A DNA stretch of 63,858 nt, filler included, from Lama guanicoe (GCA_013239625.1; 205 parts of 205 records of this genome joined end to end with filler, not necessarily neighbours in it); one strand, 5' to 3'; counted from the first letter of the whole stretch, positions 50,756-62,425 are shown. Program-made: numbers and translations. The notes: generated from the sequence alone by a model not told the origin.

Positions 50756-52103
50756 NNNNNNNNNNNNNNNNNNNNNNNNNNNNNNNNNNNNNNNNNNNNT
50801 TAATTAATTAANNNNNNNNNNNNNNNNNNNNNNNNNNNNNNNNNNNNNNNNNNNNGGGGAAAGGAGGAGGTGGAGCCAAGTAAGTTGCGAGTTTGTTGGT
50901 TTATGGGCATGTTCCAGTAGGGAGGAAACATAATGCAGGAGAAAGAAGGAAGATTGCCAGAGGGGTGCCCTTGAGTAGGTGAAGTGTCCTCAGATGAGCA
51001 GAAGAGCCCAAGTTTCAGACAGAAGCACATTTTGTTTAAGAGAGAGTGGAGACTACAAAGATTATGTNNNNNNNNNNNNNNNNNNNNNNNNNNNNNNNNN
51101 NNNNNNNNNNNTTAATTAATTAANNNNNNNNNNNNNNNNNNNNNNNNNNNNNNNNNNNNNNNNNNNNACCTGGAGTGGTAAAAGACCTCTTCTTTATCTC
51201 CCAAGTAAGACCATCAGGTGGCAGGTTTTCAAAAGGCTGAGGGGAAGACCAGGAGGGGAGTTGCATTCATGCACTGCCTTCCACTTCAAATGGATGTGAG
51301 AGCCCCTGCCCTGGGGCGTCTCTCCTTAGAGGGCTCTGCCTACAGCCGTTTTTCACAGCTAGGTGGGACTGCTCTTTCTNNNNNNNNNNNNNNNNNNNNN
51401 NNNNNNNNNNNNNNNNNNNNNNNTTAATTAATTAANNNNNNNNNNNNNNNNNNNNNNNNNNNNNNNNNNNNNNNNNNNNGCAGGTGGGCTCAGAGGGGCT
51501 TCTGCTCTGAGGCTCTGAGCACCTCCAAGACGTGTGATGAGGCTTTATAGGATTAATTACGAGCTTGGGGTTTTCAACCAATAGGCATGGAACAGCTTTT
51601 AGCAGCATCATTATCACAAAAGCAGAGGCAGCAAACAGACATTCCAAGGCCAGATATGTGTTTCTGAAAATTTAGCTGGCTAGCAAAGAGANNNNNNNNN
51701 NNNNNNNNNNNNNNNNNNNNNNNNNNNNNNNNNNNTTAATTAATTAANNNNNNNNNNNNNNNNNNNNNNNNNNNNNNNNNNNNNNNNNNNNAGTGCTTTA
51801 AAACATACGTGTTTGCAGGTTCATAGGGAAGCAGTGACAACGCTCAATTGTATGAGCACCAGAACGTAACACTCCAGTAATGATTAATGTAGTGTCTGAA
51901 CCAAAAATGATGACTGCAAGTTATTATTTCAAACTATTGTAATTTTTTCCAAATGCAGAATCTCTGTGATTCATTCAAGTTTTGGAAATTTTTCTCTTTA
52001 CAANNNNNNNNNNNNNNNNNNNNNNNNNNNNNNNNNNNNNNNNNNNNTTAATTAATTAANNNNNNNNNNNNNNNNNNNNNNNNNNNNNNNNNNNNNNNNN
52101 NNN

Positions 52104-52260
52104 TGTAGTAATCTATGGTAAAAAAGAATATGAAAATGAATATATGTATGCTCCTATATGATGAAAGTATTGTGCTATACACCAGAAACTGACACAACAT
52201 TGTAAAGTGACTAAACTTCAATAATAAATAAATAAACAAATAAATATTAAAAAATAAAAA
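52104..52260 (+). mobile_element. Young L1 3' terminus (camelid-type) with A-rich tail
   Basis: tgtagtaatctatggtaaaaaagaatatgaaaatgaatatatgtatg..tgctatacaccagaaactgacacaacattgtaaagtgactaaacttcaataataaataaa. Confidence 0.88.
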
Positions 52261-55200
52261 TAATACTGAGAACCTTCAATAATTCACTTTCAATAATGGA
52301 TAGAACAACTAGGCANNNNNNNNNNNNNNNNNNNNNNNNNNNNNNNNNNNNNNNNNNNNTTAATTAATTAANNNNNNNNNNNNNNNNNNNNNNNNNNNNN
52401 NNNNNNNNNNNNNNNCAGCCATGGATAGACTATCCTCGGTCTGGGCCCCCCAGGCCAGACTGCTCAGAAGCAGGAAGAGGATCTGGAGGTGGGGCAAGAG
52501 GCAGATGAGAGGAGGTTTGAGGCAAAAACCAGCCTCCCACTCCTATGGCCTCCTCTTCTCAGTAATAGCCCAAGTACCCTTCCTTTGTCGCCCACCCCAA
52601 GTCTCTTAGGCAGTGACCTGACTACCCNNNNNNNNNNNNNNNNNNNNNNNNNNNNNNNNNNNNNNNNNNNNTTAATTAATTAANNNNNNNNNNNNNNNNN
52701 NNNNNNNNNNNNNNNNNNNNNNNNNNNGTTGCTGGGTAAATCGCACCCTGAAATCTGGAGAAACAGGAAATCCAGAGTCACAGTTGAGATCTACTTGCTC
52801 AGAACATGTTACTAAAATCTTAAGTGGGTAGGAACACTACAATAGTAATTGTGACAAATTACTGGAACTGAGCACTTACTGCATGAAAGAAAGAATTACC
52901 TAAGGATTATCATAGAAAGGGGATCCCCACCAGGTTCTTNNNNNNNNNNNNNNNNNNNNNNNNNNNNNNNNNNNNNNNNNNNNTTAATTAATTAANNNNN
53001 NNNNNNNNNNNNNNNNNNNNNNNNNNNNNNNNNNNNNNNAACATTTCAAGCAACCTCTGACCAGTCCAGACAGGTTTTCACCTCCCACGTTCTAGGTATC
53101 AGACTTTTATTAATTCTGTTTGTTAAGAGTTTGCAATGAGAGCATCATATCATCGACTTGTGCTCAATTTGCATCCACCAGCACCTCTTAGCCTGGTTAA
53201 TTATGACTCATTCTCTACATCTCAGCTTCAGCATCACTTCCTTTGAGAGACNNNNNNNNNNNNNNNNNNNNNNNNNNNNNNNNNNNNNNNNNNNNTTAAT
53301 TAATTAANNNNNNNNNNNNNNNNNNNNNNNNNNNNNNNNNNNNNNNNNNNNTGAAGTCTCATATTCCAAATTTTCTCTCAAACTTGAGTTCCATATCTTT
53401 CTATTCAGCCAAGCTTGTGCTATTAGTCATCCATTGTTGCCGGAATGAACAACTTCAAAGAAACCATCAACTGTCTGGCAAGACTTTCCCCCCAACACTG
53501 ATCCAGTGACTCTCTGCCAGGCTGTTTGCACCATCTGTTGGGCATGAGTCAGTGGTGGGAGGANNNNNNNNNNNNNNNNNNNNNNNNNNNNNNNNNNNNN
53601 NNNNNNNTTAATTAATTAANNNNNNNNNNNNNNNNNNNNNNNNNNNNNNNNNNNNNNNNNNNNAAGGAGATTCTGGATGACCGGTCACCTACACGATCCA
53701 AATGGTGGGTGACACGTTAAGAACTCCAGGAGGATCTGGAGCACAATGGGGGCTCCACCCTCGTGGACGATGAGGGTCCCTGAGTGATGACTTGCCTTTC
53801 GGATTGACTTTGGTTTTCTGCTTCCAGAGTCAAGAACTTTTTGCTTTGTGTTGTTCCTCTTCCAACGAGGGCAAGNNNNNNNNNNNNNNNNNNNNNNNNN
53901 NNNNNNNNNNNNNNNNNNNTTAATTAATTAANNNNNNNNNNNNNNNNNNNNNNNNNNNNNNNNNNNNNNNNNNNNGTGCTGTTCCACGGCCGCTGTCCTC
54001 ATGCTCCTTGGCTGGTGATTTTAAACATCAGGGTTTCTGACTTAATCCTGAAAGAGCACCGCATAACGACTTGAGGACGGACTTGCAGAGCCAGTAAGTC
54101 AGCGCTTGCCCTGAGAGTCACAGGGTCATCCAGCAACCCCCCACCCCAGCCCCGGCCCTGGCTGCTCTGGCCCCAGGCTCGGTGCAGNNNNNNNNNNNNN
54201 NNNNNNNNNNNNNNNNNNNNNNNNNNNNNNNTTAATTAATTAANNNNNNNNNNNNNNNNNNNNNNNNNNNNNNNNNNNNNNNNNNNNAACCTGCGGTCGG
54301 CGCCTGATACCGCAGGTTCACTGGCTGCCCTTCTAAGTGTTGGCTGGCTCCCTGGAGGCGGGCGCTGTGCCCTCAAGGGCAGGGGCACTGGCGAGGGCGG
54401 GGAGGCCGCAGAGAGGGCGGCAGCGGGGTGCGGGGTCTACCCAGGCAAGTCTGTGGGTTTCCTCCCGTGTCCCCTTCAGCCTGCTCTCAGGGCGCCCCAN
54501 NNNNNNNNNNNNNNNNNNNNNNNNNNNNNNNNNNNNNNNNNNNTTAATTAATTAANNNNNNNNNNNNNNNNNNNNNNNNNNNNNNNNNNNNNNNNNNNNT
54601 GTGCTGGATGAACGAACGTCTATCCAGATGCTCAGTTCTGAGAGATAATTGTGTGTGAAAGGCGTACTTCACATTGCTTGACGGGAACACAAAGTTTCTT
54701 TTCAGTTGGAAACCCCACTCCATACAAATAAACGGGGAGGTACAAGCTCGAACACGGTTTAACAGTGAAAACCGCAGGAACATCAAACCGGCACTAGGAA
54801 ACAGACTGAGNNNNNNNNNNNNNNNNNNNNNNNNNNNNNNNNNNNNNNNNNNNNTTAATTAATTAANNNNNNNNNNNNNNNNNNNNNNNNNNNNNNNNNN
54901 NNNNNNNNNNAGCCTTCAGAATCAGCAATAATGGGGATTCTCTGTGCACTTAAGGTAAGTCACAAAAGTTTAAGCGTAAACAGATGAGGTTGGGGGGAAG
55001 AAGCGCGGGGAGGTGGTTCATAGGGCTTGGGGGGTGGGGAATCCTGGGAATGCGTTCAAAGGAAACACTTAATTGCCATGAACTTTCAAGTCATCAGCTC
55101 TTCTTAAAAGAATGCTCTGTTGNNNNNNNNNNNNNNNNNNNNNNNNNNNNNNNNNNNNNNNNNNNNTTAATTAATTAANNNNNNNNNNNNNNNNNNNNNN

Positions 55201-56158
55201 NNNNNNNNNNNNNNNNNNNNNNGCCCAGTCCACCTTGCCAACTCACAGAACCACTTAAGAGCTTTCTTAAGCCAAGAAGTATGGGGAGATGAAAGACAGA
55301 CAGACCTTCATTTCAGCTTTTAAATCTCCATTTGTAGATCTCAAAGGGATCAAAACCTCAGCATGCTTACAACTGAACTCGTGGTCTCTCTCCCAGAACC
55401 TCTTGAATTCTGTGACCATCATGATTAGCCTTCCNNNNNNNNNNNNNNNNNNNNNNNNNNNNNNNNNNNNNNNNNNNNTTAATTAATTAANNNNNNNNNN
55501 NNNNNNNNNNNNNNNNNNNNNNNNNNNNNNNNNNCAGGAGGAATTCAACATTCTGTATCTGAGGTTTGTGGACACTGATTGAATATGCAATATTCTGAGA
55601 AATCAGTAGAGGAGAGATTTATGTTGATCTGTGAAAGACGATACTCTGAGCAAGGACAGAAACGGGATACGCATATGAAGAAAGAACGACTTTCATCCTA
55701 CAGTTTAACCTGAGCACCCTCATTCCTGTTTACAAAAAAATCTACTNNNNNNNNNNNNNNNNNNNNNNNNNNNNNNNNNNNNNNNNNNNNTTAATTAATT
55801 AANNNNNNNNNNNNNNNNNNNNNNNNNNNNNNNNNNNNNNNNNNNNTTTCTTTATTTTAAAGTCTTTAATTAACAAGGTATGAATTGTAACACGAATTTT
55901 TAATTTAAAAATTTTTTAATTTTTAAAAATTTTTTGTGTTATTTCTCTAATGTGTTTTTGGGGGGGGTGGGGAGTGGAATGTGACTTTCACAAACTATCT
56001 GTTCTATCATTACAATTACCTTTTCTCTCAGCAATATTTTCACGAGACTGTTATTTGGNNNNNNNNNNNNNNNNNNNNNNNNNNNNNNNNNNNNNNNNNN
56101 NNTTAATTAATTAANNNNNNNNNNNNNNNNNNNNNNNNNNNNNNNNNNNNNNNNNNNN

Positions 56159-56370
56159 CGCTTCAGAGGCTGGGAGGTGAGGGGTGGGGCCCTGGTCTCC
56201 CCCATACGTAGAAGCCACCTGTCGCATCGCAGGTGGCTGGCCACCCGGGGTCGCCTTCAGCCCCCTCCCCGCAGCGGGCGGGACCGCGGGCCTCCCCACC
56301 CCGCCAGGCGCCGCAGTGCAGCGCGGTCCCCGCGTCCCGCCCCTCTGCTCCCCCCCCTCGCCGGCCCCCC
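56159..56370. promoter_or_regulatory. CpG-island-edge fragment
   Basis: GC and CpG density rise toward the 3' end; GGGCGGG box present. Confidence 0.65.
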
Positions 56371-57250
56371 NNNNNNNNNNNNNNNNNNNNNNNNNNNNNN
56401 NNNNNNNNNNNNNNTTAATTAATTAANNNNNNNNNNNNNNNNNNNNNNNNNNNNNNNNNNNNNNNNNNNNTTTGCTGAGTGAGTGCCTGGAGCGGGCCGT
56501 TTGGCAGAGTGGAGTTTGTCTGTACAACATGCAAAATGGATATTTGAGAACAATTTACGCTGGATACTGTTATAAAATTAGAGGTCATTTTTTTTTTACA
56601 GTATAAATAATCTCCCCTGAGTTTTTTTTTAAATTTAAGCTTAAAACTTATGGCAGCCTTTTTTGTTTTTTTAAGTAGAGCANNNNNNNNNNNNNNNNNN
56701 NNNNNNNNNNNNNNNNNNNNNNNNNNTTAATTAATTAANNNNNNNNNNNNNNNNNNNNNNNNNNNNNNNNNNNNNNNNNNNNAGAGCCTACTCCAGTGAG
56801 GTGTAGCCCAGGCAGCAATACCTGCAGGGAGACCAGCATGGGCCCAGCGCCACCCAGTATGCCCCTGGCCCTGGCCAGCCTCCTGTCTCCTCCTCCTACC
56901 CTGGACACAGGCTATCCCTGCAGGAGGGCGGAAGCCAGTCCCTGCCTACCTCTGGCCCTGCAGGGCTGCACTACGAGCCATTTCGTCCCCAGCTNNNNNN
57001 NNNNNNNNNNNNNNNNNNNNNNNNNNNNNNNNNNNNNNTTAATTAATTAANNNNNNNNNNNNNNNNNNNNNNNNNNNNNNNNNNNNNNNNNNNNTATTGA
57101 CCAAGCAGAATGGGCTTGTAGACAGCCACTAAAGACACCCTGGAGCAAACCTTATGCGTGTCAACCCTGATTTAGAGCCGTGAGCTACTCACAGACAATC
57201 ACTATTTGCCATAAATAATAAGGTCATGATCCCAATACTGGTGAGCTATA

Positions 57251-57306
57251 TATTCTGTTCTATTCTATTCTATTCTATTCTATTCTATTCTATTCTATTC
57301 TATTCT
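57251..57306 (+). repeat. (TATTC)n pentanucleotide microsatellite at the contig end
   Basis: Seen directly. After the interrupting G at 57257 the perfect run is exactly 49 nt. Confidence 0.97.
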
Positions 57307-58966
57307 NNNNNNNNNNNNNNNNNNNNNNNNNNNNNNNNNNNNNNNNNNNNTTAATTAATTAANNNNNNNNNNNNNNNNNNNNNNNNNNNNNNNNNNNNNN
57401 NNNNNNTATATAAAGATGAAGACTTTACGAAGACTTTGAGGAGAAACGCTTTTGGAAAAAAGAAGGAAATCTGTCAGCATATTCTGCTATAACAATTTTT
57501 CATATAATTTTTAATAGCTTATGTATCTTTTCAAATTTTATTTTTGAGGCTGATTTGTGTTTCTTTTTTGTTGCATTATTAAACTGGTGAATGGCTTAAA
57601 GTTCACCCACTTTGCTTTNNNNNNNNNNNNNNNNNNNNNNNNNNNNNNNNNNNNNNNNNNNNTTAATTAATTAANNNNNNNNNNNNNNNNNNNNNNNNNN
57701 NNNNNNNNNNNNNNNNNNATTGGGAGGTTTCAGGAACGTGTGGGGAGGCCACAGGAATGCCAGGGGATGGAGGGGGGGAGATGGTGGGGATGCCAGAGTT
57801 CAGGGCTTTTTTATGCCACGTCTGTGGGCTCAGGATCCTGGCTCTGAGTAACCATGTGCTCTTGTATTAGCTGTGACTTCGCTGAGCCTGGCTTCCTTTT
57901 CTGTGAAGAAGAGAAATCTTTACCTGCTTTNNNNNNNNNNNNNNNNNNNNNNNNNNNNNNNNNNNNNNNNNNNNTTAATTAATTAANNNNNNNNNNNNNN
58001 NNNNNNNNNNNNNNNNNNNNNNNNNNNNNNCTCTGGACTGGGCTGTGCTCAGCTTGCGGTAGCTGCAGATGCTCAGGCTTCAAGAAAGACAGAACAGAAG
58101 ACACGGCACCAGCCTGAACTCCCAAGTTCCATCTCTTTAGACTAAGGGACACACTTTTATCCTCCAGGCAAGTCTGATGGAGCACAGGACCAGGCAATTC
58201 AAATACTGTTTGTCTGAAACAGGGGAGGTACAGGAGCGAAGGNNNNNNNNNNNNNNNNNNNNNNNNNNNNNNNNNNNNNNNNNNNNTTAATTAATTAANN
58301 NNNNNNNNNNNNNNNNNNNNNNNNNNNNNNNNNNNNNNNNNNTATAATTCCTATGTTGGCTGCAGTATAAGAGGGAGCTTTCCTATACCACTGTGTAAGC
58401 TTTAGGAGACCATATACAGCCCAGTCCCACCTCATGGCATTTATATGTATGCACATTAAATACAATATTTTTAATGATTTGAAGGGAAAGACAAGTAAAA
58501 AGATATGACTGGAAAGTGTATTAGCAACTGTAGATGTTCTTTCATTTCTTCCCTNNNNNNNNNNNNNNNNNNNNNNNNNNNNNNNNNNNNNNNNNNNNTT
58601 AATTAATTAANNNNNNNNNNNNNNNNNNNNNNNNNNNNNNNNNNNNNNNNNNNNATATGAGCCTGTGACTCTGTCCTTTTATTATAAGATTATAATCTAC
58701 ATTTAGTTATTACAGACAATTAAGAGATTAATGGCAAACTAGCCCAAGAGAAAAACAATGTAGTTGGAGATCATATATTCCATGCCCCCTTTTTTAAGAT
58801 GAGAGAATTTTGACAGGAATGATGTGTGCAGTGTACATTTGACATTAAAGGAGTGTATTATGAAATNNNNNNNNNNNNNNNNNNNNNNNNNNNNNNNNNN
58901 NNNNNNNNNNTTAATTAATTAANNNNNNNNNNNNNNNNNNNNNNNNNNNNNNNNNNNNNNNNNNNN

Positions 58967-59178
58967 TATTCTGCTGGGCTGCTGTGACAAAATCCTACCA
59001 CATTAGTGACATAAAAAACAAAAATGTCTTTTTCACAGTTCTGAGGCTAAGTCCAACATCAGGGTATGAGCACGTTAATATCCTGGGTGAGGGCCCCACC
59101 TTATGGCTCATAGCAAGGCTTCTCCTGTATTCTCAAATGATGGAATGGGTGAGAGATCTCTGTGGGGTCTCTTTTCTA
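58967..59178 (-). mobile_element. MaLR MLT1A-like LTR fragment
   Basis: gggctgctgtgacaaaat..cacagttctgaggctaagtccaacatcaggg..ggtgagggcc..gagagatctctgtggggtctctttt. Confidence 0.8.
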
Positions 59179-59278
59179 NNNNNNNNNNNNNNNNNNNNNN
59201 NNNNNNNNNNNNNNNNNNNNNNTTAATTAATTAANNNNNNNNNNNNNNNNNNNNNNNNNNNNNNNNNNNNNNNNNNNN

Positions 59279-59490
59279 AGTGAGATAGACGGATAAACAC
59301 ACTAGCCTCTACCTTCTCCTTTTAGAGAGAGAGACACACATAGCCAGACACACGGGCCTCCTCCTTCTTCCCCATTAGATATAGATAGAGACAGACTCAC
59401 AGACACACATACAGACAGACACACTAGTCTCCTCCTCCTCTGACAGAGAGATAGACACTCTAGCCTCCTCCTACACTCGATTAGATATAG
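59279..59490 (+). repeat. Degenerate composite tandem repeat / satellite-like sequence
   Basis: ACAC(A/T)CTAGCCTCCTCC-like motif at 59297, 59348, 59419 and 59455; ATTAGATATAG at 59374 and 59480. Confidence 0.75.
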
Positions 59491-60214
59491 NNNNNNNNNN
59501 NNNNNNNNNNNNNNNNNNNNNNNNNNNNNNNNNNTTAATTAATTAANNNNNNNNNNNNNNNNNNNNNNNNNNNNNNNNNNNNNNNNNNNNAGTGCTTTAA
59601 AACATACGTGTTTGCAGGTTCATAGGGAAGCAGTGACAATGCTCAATTGTATGAGCACCAGAACATAACACTCCAGTAATGATTAATGTAGTGTCTGAAC
59701 CAAAAATGATGGCTGCAAGTTATTATTTCAAACTATTGTAATTTTTTCCAAACGCAGAATCTCTGTGATTCATTCAAGTTTTGGAAATTTTTCTCTTTAC
59801 AANNNNNNNNNNNNNNNNNNNNNNNNNNNNNNNNNNNNNNNNNNNNTTAATTAATTAANNNNNNNNNNNNNNNNNNNNNNNNNNNNNNNNNNNNNNNNNN
59901 NNGAGCCCCCGCCAGACCAGGACCAGGACCCAGGCGTTCCTAGTCCCCTGGGTGACGTGGACTTCGCCAGGTGCCACACAAGCTAATGGAACTTTCTGGA
60001 AATCTCCCTCTGGGGCTCATGGAGAGGTGTCTCATGGGAGGCGCTCCACTACAAGATCACCCTCGCTGAGGGACGCCGCTGGCCGCCGGCGTTGGAAAAA
60101 CAATATTTGAAGTGNNNNNNNNNNNNNNNNNNNNNNNNNNNNNNNNNNNNNNNNNNNNTTAATTAATTAANNNNNNNNNNNNNNNNNNNNNNNNNNNNNN
60201 NNNNNNNNNNNNNN

Positions 60215-60426
60215 GGACTGGGTGCCTTAAACAACAGAAATGTATTTCCCCACAGTTCTGGAGGCTCTGAGTCCAAGATCAAGGTACCAGCAATTCTGGT
60301 TTCTTCCAAGGCCTGTCCGCTTAGCTTGCAGGTGTCCTTCTTGCTCTGTGTTCTCACATGGTCTCTCCTCTGTGTGCACCGGGTGTCTGTCCTAATCGCC
60401 TCTTCTCATAAAGACCCCAAGTCATA
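60215..60426 (-). mobile_element. MaLR MLT1A/B-like LTR
   Basis: ctgggtgccttaaacaacagaaatgtattt..cacagttctggaggct..gtccaagatcaaggt..cttgcag..cacatggtct..tcttctcataaagac. Confidence 0.9.
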
Positions 60427-60526
60427 NNNNNNNNNNNNNNNNNNNNNNNNNNNNNNNNNNNNNNNNNNNNTTAATTAATTAANNNNNNNNNNNNNNNNNN
60501 NNNNNNNNNNNNNNNNNNNNNNNNNN

Positions 60527-61050
60527 TCTAGCAGTGAGCATAAAGGAAATGGGGTCGAAAGAAATGAATCAACATTGTTGTCAGTTACATTCTAGAATCC
60601 TTTAACAGTGGCCTGAGTTATAGAAACGTTTTGTTTCCAAATACTGCATATGCAGGAAAAATAATTTATCTCATGTTAAACGGAATAATTCAGCTTTGGA
60701 TTTTTCTAACCATAGAAGGATTTAACCACCTTTTAAAANNNNNNNNNNNNNNNNNNNNNNNNNNNNNNNNNNNNNNNNNNNNTTAATTAATTAANNNNNN
60801 NNNNNNNNNNNNNNNNNNNNNNNNNNNNNNNNNNNNNNTTTTAAAAGGTGGTTAAGTCCTTCTATGGTTAGAAAAATCCAAAGCTGAGTTATTCCGATCA
60901 ACATGAGACAAATTATTTTTCCTGGATGTCTAGTATTTGGAAACAAAACATTTGTATAACTCAGGCCACTGTTAAAGGATTCTAGAATGTAACAGACAAC
61001 TATGTCGATTCATTTCTTTCGACCCCATTTCCTTTATGCTCACTGCTAGA
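60527..61050. repeat. Inverted homologous contig pair 60527..60738 / reverse complement of 60839..61050 (about 14 substitutions, about 93% identity)
   Basis: Manual reverse-complement alignment: colinear with no indels and the same end points. Confidence 0.95.
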
Positions 61051-61150
61051 NNNNNNNNNNNNNNNNNNNNNNNNNNNNNNNNNNNNNNNNNNNNTTAATT
61101 AATTAANNNNNNNNNNNNNNNNNNNNNNNNNNNNNNNNNNNNNNNNNNNN

Positions 61151-61330
61151 GAGGATACTTCGGATGCCATTCAGGGTCCACCTGAGATAACACAGGACTT
61201 TCTCCTCTTTGAAAGAGTTTTAAACTTAGTCACATCTGAAAACACCCTTTTCCCCAAAGAAAGTACCATTCACAGGTTCCAGGGATTTCACGCAGGTATC
61301 CTTGGGGGAAACATCGTTCAGCCTACCATA
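61151..61330 (-). mobile_element. MaLR MLT1B/C-like LTR fragment
   Basis: agggtccacctgagataacacagga..aaacttagtcacatctgaaaacacccttttcc..attcacaggttccagggatt..ttcagcctaccata. Confidence 0.82.
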
Positions 61331-61462
61331 AACCCAAGGAACATAATAAAAAGAACATCATANNNNNNNNNNNNNNNNNNNNNNNNNNNNNNNNNNNNNN
61401 NNNNNNTTAATTAATTAANNNNNNNNNNNNNNNNNNNNNNNNNNNNNNNNNNNNNNNNNNNN

Positions 61463-61672
61463 CTGCCGCACGGCATCTTTGGCTTCACTGTGGCTCAGGT
61501 GCAGGCCCCACTGGTCGGCTACCTGCCTCATTGTGTATGAGCCAACATGACTAAGTCTCTTATGGAGCCAGGGACCTATATCGTGTCCTGGGACCATAGC
61601 CTGTACAGGGCGGAGTTGGGCTAGTGCATCAGCAGCTTCATTGCCCAATGCCAGGGCTGGGAGGTGCCCTGG
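61463..61672 (-). mobile_element. pol: Endogenous retrovirus pol fragment: RNase H C-terminus into integrase HHCC zinc finger, open frame
   Basis: 70 uninterrupted codons PGHLPALALGNEAADALAQLR..WLHKRLSHVGSYTMRQVADQWGLHLSHSEAKDAVRQ. These carry the RNase H GH..GN..AD.LA motif and the integrase H-X4-H motif. Confidence 0.88.
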
Positions 61673-62425
61673 TANNNNNNNNNNNNNNNNNNNNNNNNNN
61701 NNNNNNNNNNNNNNNNNNTTAATTAATTAANNNNNNNNNNNNNNNNNNNNNNNNNNNNNNNNNNNNNNNNNNNNATTTTCATCCAAAAGGAGAAATGCTG
61801 TGTATTGTCTTATTCCAATGGAACAGAGGAAGGGAGGGTTCTATAAGCCCCCAAGATGATTTTCAGTAACATGACTCTGCCCATAAAGACGAAAATCCTC
61901 AGATCAGCATCATACAGTGGGAAACATTGAACAAACGCACACACGGGCACGCACATGCCTGCACGCACACACTCCACCCCAGCCTGNNNNNNNNNNNNNN
62001 NNNNNNNNNNNNNNNNNNNNNNNNNNNNNNTTAATTAATTAANNNNNNNNNNNNNNNNNNNNNNNNNNNNNNNNNNNNNNNNNNNNACAGCGCCCTCGAT
62101 GCAATGTTGAGTCTGAAGGGACGGCGTAATTTTGGCAGCTGCTTTACTGGAGGGTGAGGACGGGTGCCTGCAGGAAGTTCTTTGGGTGAGCAGCAGGGGA
62201 CGTGTTTCCAGGATGGATTCTGAAGAGGACGTCAACATATCCCTCCATCCCCCGAGTATGCAGAATGCTGATTTCACAGCGAGGACACGCGGTGAAGANN
62301 NNNNNNNNNNNNNNNNNNNNNNNNNNNNNNNNNNNNNNNNNNTTAATTAATTAANNNNNNNNNNNNNNNNNNNNNNNNNNNNNNNNNNNNNNNNNNNNGA
62401 AAAAAAAAAAAAAAAAAAAAAAAAA

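Larger units (their letters stand above)
51792..59802 (+). repeat. Near-identical contig pair 51792..52003 / 59591..59802 (4 substitutions); the sequence between them is unrelated
   Basis: Differences at offsets 50, 75, 122 and 163. Confidence 0.97.

Noticed and set aside
60527..61050. Large hairpin or terminal inverted repeats of a transposon
   Set aside because: The two arms are separate contigs across an artificial spacer, so their orientation and adjacency are arbitrary.
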